Source: Patellaria atrata CBS 101060
Lineage: Eukaryota
Assembly: GCA_010093705.1 (NCBI GenBank)
Contig: MU006092.1
Location: 254,623-318,622 of the forward strand
Length of the DNA stretch: 64,000 bases
Direction of reading: 5' to 3'
The position numbers and the translations under genes are program-made. Position 1 is the stretch's first letter; each line of letters opens with the position of its first letter. Shown piece by piece: positions 49,901 to 63,121 of the stretch. Below the pieces are notes generated by a model. That model worked only from the letters and a program-made list of their open reading frames with translations. It did no database searches and was not told the DNA's origin.

Positions 49901-52900
49901 CGATCTTTCACGAATTCGATGCCTCGCTGGAATGTTGATGATCTCTCTCAACAACTTGTACTAAGTGTCCAACGGCTCAAACTTCAAGCTACTGTGGATA
50001 AGGTTATTCTTGGATCATGGTTCCCGAACACGTGCCGACCTTTTGACATGACAATGAAATCTACACGAGTCAGGGCCTGAACGGGAGGATTTCGTCTTGA
50101 CGTAGGGATGAAGGACGAATCATCGATTAAATTGAGATTGAGGAACCTCGGTTTCGGTTTCACAAAACCTTCTGTTCCCAGCTAACTTTTAGAGAGCTGA
50201 TCCTTTTTCTGATACAGTCATGACAGGATGTGTTAAAACTGTACAGAAGACTCAAGTCTTCAAAGATTACCGTAACCCTGGACGATTACTATCGTGTATC
50301 GTACACGAGTCATGGTCAACAATTTAAAGATCCATGACCCACGCAAATCTGCCAAGTTTTCAACCACGTGTTTTAACGATCAAACGATGCCATTCCCCAC
50401 GAAAAGGATTGCAGCTGGATTTTGAGGCTTGCAGTTGCAGATTGAATGGTGGATAAACCCTTGCTGGCACTCATCCTCCATCCCGTCAGAGAGACTCTCG
50501 CCGAATATGTTTGGGAGTCGAAACCAGCAATCCGGTTCAGCATGAAGAAGTGCAGGAAGGAGAGTGCATTGATTGATCCTCATGTGTATCGGAAGGCGTC
50601 CTTTGAGCCACGTGGATTCGTCTCTGTATCAGCTTATGGCGCCGTCAGCTTTTCTGGCTTCCTGCAGATCATGTTCTCTCCAGCCCAATCAGCACCCTTT
50701 GCCCTAGGAACTACGCGAAGGCTTCTTAGCAATTCGATTCGAAGCACCAGAACGCTTCAAACTGCAGAGAAATTATCGCACGCGTCTTCCAGTTTCAGAG
50801 TCGCACGCATCTCAAGATGATCAGACCATATTTTCGAGAAAAATAAGCGGCGTTCCAAGGCATCTGAGTAGTGAGGTCAACCATGCTTAAACCCATCATC
50901 ATAAACGGACGAGATGTTATGACTCGAGCCTATCTTTTCCGTACACCGCTAGAGTTATCTCCAGACCGCTATGAGCTATCGCTGATTTTGAACAATGGTC
51001 TAGAAACTAGAGTATTCCAAGTACAAACTACGAAGACCTTAACAACTCTCCTAAGGAACCGGTTAATCCATTTCTTTTCAAGCGCGATAACCGTCCGTCT
51101 AAATTTATCCCATAGAGGCACTTTACTGGAACAGTACTATCGTGGGACCGAGTAACTAATATTTTGCTAACCAAACAGCCTCGTGGACTTGTTAAAAGAT
51201 AACGGGCTCTTTTGATCGTACCATCAGGTAGATCTTTTTCGAAAACTGTAGACTTATGAACTCCAACTTTGCAGCCACCGAATTTCTCTTACCGAAACAA
51301 GCTTGATATCGAATGCAAAGGGGGATGATGTGCGCCATAGGTTCCACAGACAAGCAATTATTGTACGTTCGGCTCATGGATGGCGATCTGCTTCTCTCAC
51401 GCTTGAGGTCGGTAGTTAAATATCGCCATTTCACATCTCACCGTCCTCAGCACGAGCAAAGTCTGCGTAAGGGAAGAATTGGTGCTATCCGAACGATTTT
51501 CATCGGCCTCGTGTTGGTGTTTTCCGATTGTTAACTGCAAGTCTCTATGAAGGTGTACAGTACAGAAATGACCGAAGGAGGGGAAGCGGGAGCCTCTCGT
51601 AAATACTTTCGGCAAACTCACCGTGGCCCCTTTTTTCAACTCTGACGGTGTGACGGTGTGGCAAAGCTATCGGATCCCGATTCGGAGTGGGTTGCTACAA
51701 GTGCAGTACAGTACTCGGATGCCTGCCGGATGCCTTATCATGGAGAGCTCTGTTGTACAAGCCGGATGGTGGTGCGTGTTGGAATCCCTGTTCCCACGTG
51801 CGGACTCCGCCTTTTCCTTGAGTTTCAAGACTTTCTTCCGTTTCGATTTCGCACTGACGGCCTCCGACTGTGTGCTTGTGCCTGCGGAAGTACGAGTAAA
51901 CCTGCCCCACAGAGATAGTTCTAATTAAACATCATTACGGAGTATTTCATTATCGAACATAAAGTCTACAAGAAGTATTACACACCGAGCTTCAAAAATT
52001 TTCTTTCTGACAGTTTCATCCGGGCCTTCAACGACATCATGCTGCTACCCGCCCGAGTTTTCCGCGAGAACCTGCATGTCGTCCGGGGGGCCGGGGGGCG
52101 GCAAGGCCTTCGCGGATCTGTAGGCTTCTATCCTGGGTTCCCGCGTGGGATATCGATGGGAGCAGTTCTGTCTCCTATCGCCGAAACAGCGACCCGTTAA
52201 GGTTACGTGGTCGTGTCTGCAAGATTGATCAGGATCTGCTGATGCCTCGTGGTAGCTGTTACACTTGGTCTGCAGAAAGATCCGCACTCATTTCTGTATC
52301 CTCTACATTGGTAATACGAAAAAGAGATATGTCCGAAGACATGCTAATTTTTTGTTTCCATTTCCGGGACCATGACCTCTCACCATCTCCACGAGTTATG
52401 GATATACTAACCTCCTTTCATTTTGATTGTCGAATGTTGATCCTGCTGCCTTCCTGTTGGTGTTGCACAACTCTCAGTCTGTACTACAGGATATCCTTAA
52501 CACCGGATTCATTTGTAAGTTGGAGTATTTCTAGAACCGATCACTAATTTCTGCATGAGCTTGCACATTCACCAAGGGAATATCATATCTTCACTATTCG
52601 GGCCTGTGATGTGAGTTGCACGACAGGCAGAAACTTTTGCTACCGATGACAAATCTGCAAGCCAATGTCTTGTCGGTGTAACAATTCAAATAGCCACATT
52701 TGACTCGGTCATTCTAACTACACGATACCGCCCTCTTGAAAATTTTGGCAGGATTCGGATACTAGGCCTGATCTTTGCCTGGGGAAACTGCACGTAGGAC
52801 AATGAAACACACATCTCCGATACTGGTAGGAATGCCTCACATCATGATCACTGAAGAGCAAAGAATAATCCTAGGGATATGTCCCTTGGTTGTAAAATTC

Positions 52901-54445
52901 TTTCATTTTTATATTCATGCAACAGCTGCCGAATGCGGCGTCTAGATTGGATGACATTCAAGCCCCGAAACCTGCCCATCTTCGCCGGTCCACGACATCA
53001 TGACGGACATGGCGTGCCAGCATCTGCTTGTTAAACGTTCAATGTGGATCATTCTCCTTGACAATATTATTATGGACGGCACGTTGGAATACTTTTGCTT
53101 CCTTCACATCATATATCAATGATTGAAGGATGTATGGTTTATAGGAACGACTATTGCATATACAACTTTAATATCGACATGGGGGATGCAGCAGGTCGGT
53201 GACAGCATCATCCGAGTCAACTTTGTAGATCACGGGTGAATACGCTGCATATGGCTAGACTCTGAAGGTATGTAATCGTCGTGTATGTGGAAGGATAACT
53301 TGGCATTCTTTAAATATCAACTTGCTTGAACATGGCTGCAGTTGTCTATGATCTACAAACTTTCTCTTCAACAGTCTGCAGTATTCCATACCGCATGAAA
53401 AATCTAAGCCTCCGTAAGAGTACGACAATGAAATTGAAATTTGTTTGACCATCTTTGAGACTTGATAGTCTATCTTCGTCCATACTATATGTTCTTTACG
53501 TGCTTCTTTTCACACCGCTGAAATGTGATCATGACTCTCTAAACACTTAGTCCGTACAGTTATCTCAATGCGCTCCTCCACCTACATCTCCCCTCGACCT
53601 TCATCACACCGTCTTTTTAGACAACTCAACGAAAGAGAATCAGCCTGATTGCTCGTTTGCAAAAATATCTTCTTTGAAAGATTCCCATCACTCCTTTTCA
53701 CTCGAACCCAGCTACACATACCCCTAGCCGCACTCGAGCATGATAAGCTAGACTCTATCATAGTACACAGAATCGTAGACTGAACCACCATTCCGTTGCT
53801 CTGACTTTTCCCTGATCCATCGTCATCGTACCTCGTCTCCAGAAAGCAATTCTTCACGCTGTCCCCTCTGCCTAAAGCCTATTGTTTAGAAAGTCTTATA
53901 AACATAAACTGAAGCATTATCGCCGTCATACACTTCTCTCGTGATATTCTAGCAATTTTCCAGATACAGTACACCCTCGTACTCTCCCTGTACGAGAACC
54001 CTTAACATCCCATGATGCTGTTCTCTCATGCACTTATCCTCATCATAGAAAACCTCAACAACCCGGGAAACAAAAGTCACAGTAGCGTATGAGTAGTAAC
54101 AAAAATTTCCATAGCACGCCATCAATAGCCTCAGTCGTTTGCCGTAGCCACCACCCCCTTACTTACACCCTCTCTCACCCGTTTGAGGTCCAAGAGGAAA
54201 TGGGACCAGTTTTACCCTCCCCCCTCCATCTGAACTCCCAATGTACACCCCCAGCAGACTGATTGCTTCTTCTCACGCCCTTTTACCTCTTTACCAGATC
54301 CTTTCCTTCTCCTTTCCTTCTCATTCTCTTTTCCCCTGCGCCCCCTTCCATCCTTTAACTATATACGTAGTAATTCCTCTTCTATCACACCAATTTGTTC
54401 CGCCTAGGGTAGTGTATCCCTAGATACGCCATACTAGCTCCTCAT

Positions 54446-54510
54446 CTTATCCCCCGTCTTATCCCATCTTTGCCCCATCTTGCCCCATCTTGCCCCATCT
54501 TGGGCCCCAT
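54446..54510. repeat. Short tandem repeat (TGCCCCATCT)n
   Basis: About three exact copies plus flanking degenerate copies of a 10-mer. Confidence 0.8.
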
Positions 54511-55397
54511 ATCATCTCCCATTATCCCCTCGCGCAGACTCAAAGCGACCAAAGCCCCAAACCCACAAGAACGCCCTTTCTCTCCCCTTCTTCCCTTTCC
54601 ATTTGAGAGTTCGAGAACGGAGAGCGAGAGCGGAGAGTAGCATCACACGTACCAGTACCAGTGAAATCATAAACCCAGAAGCAAGAGGGAGTGGTAAACC
54701 GATGCTCTTTCACCTTCACCCTCACCTTCGCCCATTCAAGTCCACCCTTTCAGTTTCAAGCTCAAGTTCAAGTTTAGGCTCAAGGCCAACTCCCACTCCC
54801 ACTCCATACCAACCCAACCACGAGGATACGCACAGAATTAGCTGCGCGAGAGAGCCGAGCGAGTCCGAATGAGATACGCCCGAAACCATGTGCAGTAGAG
54901 CCCACACGGAACGGGATGATTGGGGACAAAGGGATGAGGTGTGCTAGATATTGCACGACGGTGCGATATTCGACAGACCGAGAGGTACGGGTCGATATAA
55001 TTCTTGGATGGTTGAGGTGAGTGAGGGTAGAGATGGAAGGAATATTATGACGATATTAACAGCGACATCCACATTGAAATATCAACAAAGATCCATAATA
55101 TAACTTGATACCATAACAAGACCAGATAATAATTCAGGGGTATTTAAAGACCAAAGACCAACTCATCGCCACTCATAACATCATAGACGCGATAACCCCC
55201 AAGAAACAACTTTTAGTTTATCCGACGCCATCAGTCTATCCCAGGTACAAATCCCAAATGTCCTTATAGGAAATATAGAGACAAAACTGATGGTATCACT
55301 GTATATAAGAGATGATGAAGGAAAAGATCCGAAAACACTATACAAGACCCTCAAAAAAAAGATTACGCCAATCGTATACTTATTTCAATACACCGTA

Positions 55398-58300
55398 TCA
55401 AACAATCCCATCCCCAGCCGAATGCATAAACCTCCTCTTCCTCTTCACAAACACCTTCCTCCTCAACCCGGCCTTGACAATCTGAGGCACAGGACTCTTA
55501 TCCCTCGTCTCCTTCTGCCGCGGTATCCTCATCTTCATCTTATCCGGATTTCTCGTCCGCTTGCCCCTCTTCCCATCCTCATCCTCGCTCTCGGGCATAA
55601 TGTCGACCGGGATGCCCCCGACCGGAGTCCACCAGTCGCTGTCGTAATTATCGAGAGGATCCCGAACGAGGTCGAAAGCCGAGAAAGATTCGTGCAGGAA
55701 TCGATCGCGCGGGTGCTCACCCCATGTTGACAGCTGGCGGAGGACTCGACTTTGTGCGTTTTGTGCAGAGCTTGATGCGACGGAGGTTGGAGAGAGCGGT
55801 TCGAAGTTCGAAGTTGGAGAGTCTAAGTCTTGAACGTAGCCATCGATCTCACCGCTGACTTCACATAAGATTGACTCGGTTGACTTCATTGTAGTGTCGT
55901 AAAAGGAGTCAGGCGGGGTGTTTAGAATCGGTTCTTCGACTTTAGGGTGCATGAAAGGTAACTGGTAGGAAGTCTTCTCGTATGGAAGTGATGGGCCTTC
56001 TTGTGTCCAGTGACAAAGAGAAGGCAGAGTTGGTGCCCTAAGGCAGAGATCGTCCAGTTGCTGACGTGAAGTGTAATCAAGCGAGTCGAGGAACTCTTTT
56101 CCAAGGACGATATCGTATGGTGCATCAGACGACACAACGAAAGGTATAGTATAGTGAGCTCTTTCTCCAAAAGAAAATGGTAAATGAATGCGTTTCAGAT
56201 CGAGTGCTTGCACTCTGAAATTCGAGAAACCTCGGTCCGAAGAAGAAAGAGACTGAAGATGGTCCAACAAGAATGTGGTGGATATGGTGTTAAAAGAGCA
56301 AGAGATGTCTACTAAGGCCCCCACACCCAGATCACCTAGTTTGCTATGCATAAGTGCAGGATAAGGCTTTGACTCAGTAGATTCATGCTCTTGAAATAAG
56401 TCTAGAGTTTGACTCAGGTAATGGACATTGCTCCATGAAAGGGTCTGGTCCGATCTGTTCGAATCTGAAAGAAAAAAAGCTCTCAGGACCAAAAGCGATT
56501 GGAAAATGGCTGCTTGTTGCACGAAGAGGCTGAAAGTGTAAGCATCAATACTCTCGGTGAGAGGAATGCTATGAGATGAGGAGTAATTAGGCGGATCCGT
56601 CTCTGTATATGTCTGCACAACCAAGTCATCGCAAGACATCTGACACGTTGGAAGTGTTGACGGAAAGAGTTGGCCATAATAATCTAGGTGTGAAGTCTCT
56701 TTACAATAAGAGGAGTCGTTTCTAGATCTGTGACTTAACAGCGCTCTCAGGGCTCTCGTAGTATTCAAGATCCGCTTCCAGAGAGAAGTTGTCATGCCCG
56801 ACTGTCTGGATGTGAGTTCAGAAGAATCTTGAAGCATTTCATAACACTCATAACATTTGGTGACTTTGTCGTTCTGATGGCCCTTAGTGCATTCTCCAAA
56901 AGGAACACTGAGAGGTTTCATGAAATCCCCTAGTCGAAGATTCTCGCCGTGTTCGAATAACCCAACAACATACGTCAGCATTTTAGAACGTTGCTGACAG
57001 TCGAGGAAAGTTGAGTGTTCCGTAGTAGACGGCGTATAACGACAGCTGCCGCGATGAAGCCAGTTTAGAAATGGGCACAGTCGCCAATCAAGGAGACTTG
57101 CCAGATCATACTGTGCAGGGAATCCATTCTGCGAACGCACAATGCATTCTGCAGAGGGAGGTACTAAAGTTGAGAAGGGACCTAGCGTGAGAGCTTTATA
57201 AGAGTGAAAAAAGATATTCTGGGCAGCAGGAGCCACACCTGCAGCATCAAGGCAAGATATGCAAGCACCAAATGGGTCTCCTTTCCTTATTTTAGAGACG
57301 ATCTCTGCAGCTTTTGGTCGGTTGGATGCGTTGAATGCCAACATGTCCTTGCAGATACTCAGCAACTCAATGGCCTTACGCTTAACAGTGCAATGACGTA
57401 AAGTGTTAATCCATAATTGGATTTGAGGAAGCTTGGTCTGGTATGTATTCTGTTTCTTGTTCTGCTGGGGAGAAGCATCGATAAACTGTCGTAGATCGGA
57501 GAGCGAACCATCTAATAAGACCGTAAGAATTTCGAGGAAGACACAGCCAAGGGAGAAGATGTCGGCAGATCTTCCATGCTTCTTGTGTTGGGCTATCTCG
57601 GGAGCAGCATACATTGGGGTCATAGGACTGATGCTGGAAGATGTTGAATCTGTATCAGAGACTACCCGTGATATTCCAAAGTCCGAAAGGTATACTGTTG
57701 TATCACGACCACTACCGGAAATGAGGATGTTTGCAGGTTTTACATCGCCATGACGAATCCGATTTGAGTGAACATGTGACATTGCTGAGGCGAGACAACC
57801 AACCCAAGACCAAATATTATTATCTTGGTCTGACGCGGATTTCGATGTCTCCAAGAAATCTTTGAGGTTGCGCTCTGCGACAGGATACATGATGATGCTG
57901 AGAGTAGTTATCTCATTGTACGCGGCAGCCGCTTTCAGGATATGCGGATGATGGAGTCGCCTCATAATATTGACCTCCAATGCGAAGCGACGAAGAACGG
58001 ACGAGCGTCCTTTACTATTTTTGATCTGTTTTCGAGCAAACACAGCTCCCGAATTCGTGCTTTGGACTTTATCAACGCGACCATAGGTTCCTTCTCCAAG
58101 TGATCCTAGAGAGACAAAAGGACGAATAGGGAGTGAGACCTTGGTTACTGCTCTAGATCTCCTTGGTGCTGGGATTTGAGAAAAGTCCCAAGACGTGTTA
58201 TCTTGTAACATACTCAGATTCTGTGTATTGGAGAGATTCATGTACCTCTGCTCATATGAATTATCAAATTCATTACTGAACGTGCCATCAAATTCTCCAT

Positions 58301-59818
58301 TGAATGTATAGTAATCATAATTGTCTCCGAGCGGGCCAAAACTAGGGTCATTATTATCTGAGCCTGGATTTGTGTCTTTGCCGTTATTACCGGCTCCTGC
58401 ATCGCCGCCTTGGTCAGGGGGGTTATTATCAGGAGAATCGTCCTGGTCATTATCATCATCATCAGAGTGGTATGTAGGAGGTTCGTCCTCTGGCCAAGGA
58501 TCCCTCCAACGGTCCATGGTCCACGGTCCTCCAGGAATTTTGTTTTTAAAGTGACGAAAGATATGTGTATTTCGCTTTTTCCAGTTGAAAAACCGCTGAC
58601 CACAAAATCCGCAGCGCCTTTTGAATGTTGGCGGAACATCGAACTTCGACTTGTTCACGAGATCATCAAGTCGCTCCACGAATAGTTGATTCCGGTTCTT
58701 GTCTAATAAATCTGCGTGTTTATTTTTGATGTGTTCGATTAATTTGTCCTTACGATGTGCGATAAAGTGATGACGCCGTGATTGAGTGCGACACCGAATA
58801 CATGACCAGATCTCCTGTGGTTGATTGATTTCTTCATGACGTTGCCAATCATCCTTTCTTTTACTCTGGTAACCACACCCCGAAGTGCAATGCAAATCAC
58901 CCGAAGGATTCTTCTGGGGATGACTGGATCGTGTGCACTGACCTGAAGCTCTTTGAATGTAGTCATTGATACTGACTCTCACGTCTTCCGGATTGGCTGG
59001 ATTAGTGACTTCCGCAGCAAGAACTTGTGGGGTATCTCCAGGAATAGAATCCTCCGTTTTTATTCCATCGGAGTTTGAGTTCGAAACATCGACTTTGTGA
59101 CCAACATCGACTTTAGGGACATCCTCGAGCTTTCTTCCAAGCTTATATTCAAGCCAGGCAACCAATGGCTTTTTTGGAAGACGAGTGAGCGTAACCAAGG
59201 CTTTGATTTCAAGCCTTTCCGGTGGACGATTCCCTTCGATCTCCAACCAGAATTCTAATTGCTTTCGAGCCTTGTCTGGGATTGTAGGAGATGTCTGGTT
59301 TACGATATCCTGTTCACGTCGTTGAAATTTCCGGGGTTGTTCGGGTGAGTTGACATCAGGACTTTGGTCATTATCTGACCGTCGTCTTTTTTTTCTCACT
59401 TGTCTTTGCGGAGGGACCTGCAATGATAGTTTAGGTGCAGATGGGGAGGCTGTCGATTCTTTGGCTGAGTTAGGGCGACGAGACATTTCGGGGGATAGAT
59501 TTCGATTTCCATCCCTTCGAGCCGTGTTGTAAGGAGACGTTTGAGTGCCGTATGCTTCGTCGGTAGTGGTAGATTGCTGATGATTCAATCAGTTGTTGTT
59601 CTTGTAGAACAGAGGGTTGGCTCACTAACCAATAATTGAGGGTCTAAACACTTATCATCCAAGAGAGCCTTAGTGGAAGATGTGTAGTTGTGTCGTGCAA
59701 AGGGTGAGCCAACTGAAAAGGCATTAACATGTTGGTCCTGAGGTAAGTATGTACTCGGAGAAGCCGTAGGAGTGCCCCGGGGGCGGCGAGCCCCCGAAGG
59801 GGCGGTAAAAGGAATCAT
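55398..59818 (-). CDS. ~1455-aa multidomain protein: homeodomain-like, C2H2 zinc fingers, Ser/Thr kinase, retropepsin-like domain
   Basis: Exon 1 is 59630-59818 (MIPFTAP...DPQLL). An intron at 59577-59629 (GTTAGT...ACTGAT...CAG) joins it in frame to the 1396-aa ORF. Kinase motifs GEGTYG, FARK, HGDVKPANIL, DFG, YAAPE, ADIFSLGC. Zinc-finger motifs CTSGC...WQRHE and CGFCG...HIFRHF. Protease-like ALVDISCSFNTIS...YDIVLGKEFL. Confidence 0.88.
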
Positions 59819-61389
59819 GTCCAACTGTTTGTTGCCTATAATCCTATGTAAGAAGTGTAGCCTAAGAAAATAAAGAAATGCAGCTTCATACTAGAAACTG
59901 AAGAAGAATTGGGCGGATGTCGGGAGGCTGTGGCTGGAATAAGGCCTCATGACAATAAATTAGGAAAAGATAATTGAAGAATAGACCTTGAAGTCTAGGA
60001 GAAAAGAGAGTTGAGAGCGAGTTCCAGGTCAGGATCTTTGTCATATCACCGTTCTGTGCCCGTCTGAAGCGTTGACGGGCGGACTTGACGCGCAGCAACA
60101 GCAACGGCTGCGCCTACACCGGTGAATTCTGCCTTGCCAGGCTAGATATGTCGTCACCAGCATTCTGAAAAGAGCGCAAAGTTTCATTACAAGATTACTG
60201 AATATAGCGATTGATTGAGATGGTTGAAAATACAGTGGATTCCGGCTGTCTACCAGCGACATGATGTTGAGAGATGATGTTCGTAGGAGTCGCACTGACA
60301 ACAATGGAAACAATGCATTTGGGGGTCACGTGGGGGCTCAGAACATTTGAAACTGATAGTTCTACGCCTCAACAGCTCTTGAAAATTTTGTCTTCTTCTT
60401 CTTCTCTAGACTCATTCTTCTGAACATAACCCCTTCCCTCTTTAACCAACCAGGTATTCCATAAATACATGGAAGTGTTGGACATTTCAAAACCGCCCTT
60501 GGTGGGGGCTAGCCTGTTATATAAAAAGGTCAAGATGAACCTGGGCTAAGCCTATCTAAGCTGCACAGCCTCTGAAAGTGGCTGAGGCACTGGTGAGGTA
60601 AGGTGAGGCGAGCACAGCTTCTCTTCGAGCAGACCGACGGGACAACCCCATTTCCATACTTCTATCGTTTTCTATCATGCCTACCTTTATATAGTTCTAA
60701 AAACCGGTGAACATGAAGGAAATTTCCGTCATTTCTTGTTAAACTAGTCTGAATATCATCCGCTCTGCATAGCTTTACAAAAATTCGATCAAACGAGGGA
60801 GTAATTTTTGTTTATCTTTCTCATATTAGGAAATATACGGTGTTACAACCACAAAGAGAATTTTCGGCGAAAAGGAGGTACACCTCTCTTAACCCAAACA
60901 TCGCCCTGTCTTTTACCGATAGCGGTGAGTAGAATGCGAAAAGAGTACGCTCCGATAAGTTAAGACTGGTCAGTTCTCAGAACCTTGGAGGGAATATCTC
61001 AAAATTAGGATCTTTGTATTCTATAGGATGCCTAGATTGAAGATTGATGGGCCAGAGTATTGTACAACTACCGTAAAGTATCAATAAGGTAGCTTGGAGT
61101 CTATACATTTTCCCTCACTCCTTGTTTCTGAAGGATATTACGTCGGCGACATAAGGCCTTCTTGAACTCATTCCAAAAACTCTCCCTCTAACCCCAGATT
61201 TTTCAGAATTCGCAATTTCCTAAATCGAAATTGCTCAAATCAAATTCACCCAAATCAAAATCACCGTAAGCTAGAACCGCCGAGGCCGTGATATACTCTT
61301 CCCTACTTCTCTAACAAGAAAACGAGACGCAAGGTTCAAAAATACTTTTAAGGAACTTCAATATTTCATTGGAAGCTAGTACCGTGCAA

Positions 61390-62061
61390 CTAATGTATGT
61401 ACATCCAAATACCCTGCATGAATGAAAGCTCTAAAAGGCGAGGATTTACATAATGATTCTCAGTATTGATATACGGGTCTGATGGCTCCCAGGGCAATGC
61501 AAATATGGTCGGAGTAAAATTGTATCCCACACCCTCAAGATTATCTGAGGCGTGTTCCCTCTCTAGACCGGTGTACTGGACCCCATCAGTGATAGTCATT
61601 GGCGTAGGTTCTTGATTTCCGGGTGTTCTGACAGGTGGTTCTTGTATTTTGGCTGCTTAACCCGCGTCAGCGATAGTGATAGTCATTGGCGCAGGTTCTG
61701 GGATCTCTGGTGTCGTGAAAGGGAGTTCTGGTATCTTGGTTACCAACGCTGTCTTACTGTATTCCACGTGGAGTTCAAATCCGTGCGCCGGATCCCTCCA
61801 TCATTTAGGTCACCTAGGCCGACGTCCATGAATGCATATGGATCTGTGTACTAAATCTGTGTACTAAATCTGTGTACTGGATCCTCTAGTCCACCATTTG
61901 AGGCGGAATCCAATCGGCCCCGGTTCGTAAGTTCTGTCCGTCCCTCCGCCAGGTTGGTCAGAAGCTTGTGTGTACGTACTGGGATATGGGTCAAGTAGAT
62001 CCAAGAAAGATCCAAATACGGTAAGAGTATAACCGTATTGCGCTCCATCAAAGCTATCCAT
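61390..62061 (-). pseudogene. Decayed gene of unknown function with an internal ~87-bp repeat and a 13-bp triplication
   Basis: Repeated peptide KIPELPFTTPEIPEPAPMTIT / KIQEPPVRTPGNQEPTPMTIT separated by a stop codon. ATCTGTGTACTAA occurs about three times at 61843-61878. Confidence 0.45.
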
Positions 62062-62384
62062 AGTACATCTGACGACTCTTGAAACTAGGTTACTAGCCTT
62101 TTGCGCCTGTGGTAAGGTGGTTTTGTACGACTGGTGTTGTATTTAGTTAGGCCAGTTGGATTTCAGTTGCTGGGAATACGAGATTCTGTTGAGCCTGGCG
62201 GTATTGTTGGCTCTGTACACAAGTTGATAGGTCGTTGACATGGTTAATATAATGTTCGACAGCCGAAGGCGGTATGATGCATCGATTATCGTCACTACAG
62301 TTATAAGTAAGTGAATAAGTTCAATTGATGGCGTTAAAACTTACGATGATGTATAAGAGACGGAACGACGTGTATCACGACAGA

Positions 62385-62640
62385 TTATGGATGATGGTTC
62401 CTATTTGTTATAGGAGGTGAGAACAGTAGCCAGATTATCCTCGAAACTTTTATTCTCCAGTTCCAATGGAAACTCTCTGGTATTGGGGGAGGTGACTCCT
62501 GCACGTTGGGTGCGAATGTTGTCTTGTAAACTCCCTGGTATCGTGGGAGGCAAGAGGTCTGTACTGTTTACCGGAGCCAAAGTACATCACTGCCGTACAA
62601 CGGTGAGTTCAGGAAACAGCTCCACCCTTTTCTAGGTTGG
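62385..62640 (-). pseudogene. Disrupted tandem paralogue of ORF 63122-63634
   Basis: TTFAPNVQESPPPIP../LELENKSFEDNLATVLTSYNK*EPS aligns with TTLAPNLQEPPPPISGSSELEDTSFWDNTANALTSYIVQEPS. Contains a frameshift and stops. Confidence 0.7.
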
Positions 62641-63121
62641 GTTGGGTAATATTCTTCGAGAGGTCTTCAAAGTGTAGAGGGGATAGCGCGAACGACATGT
62701 TGAATGCTTGTTGAGAATCAGATCAGGCACTACAAGTAGATGACGAGAGTAAAAGATTTTTGCATGAGATGAACCGTGATCAAAAGAAGAATGCAGTAGA
62801 GGTGAATGATGTGGAAGAAAAGAGTTCGTTGTGGAAGAAGCGTGCCTTAATGTTTCTGTTGCCGTTTCGTAACGTACCTGCCTATGATTAGTTCTCTATT
62901 TGTTGTTATTTTTATACCCAGTTCTGACTGCTTTACCATATATAATTTACCGGTACCTTATTGTATTCGAAACATCGTGTTGGGTGATTCCTACCTTACT
63001 ATTGATTCAGTGAAAGAGGATCTTTGTCATGACCTGGCTACGCGATTAGAGCCTACGATAAAATATTATGTGTACTGTACAGCAACTAAGGTATGGCACA
63101 GTGAAAAAACATTTCGATGAT

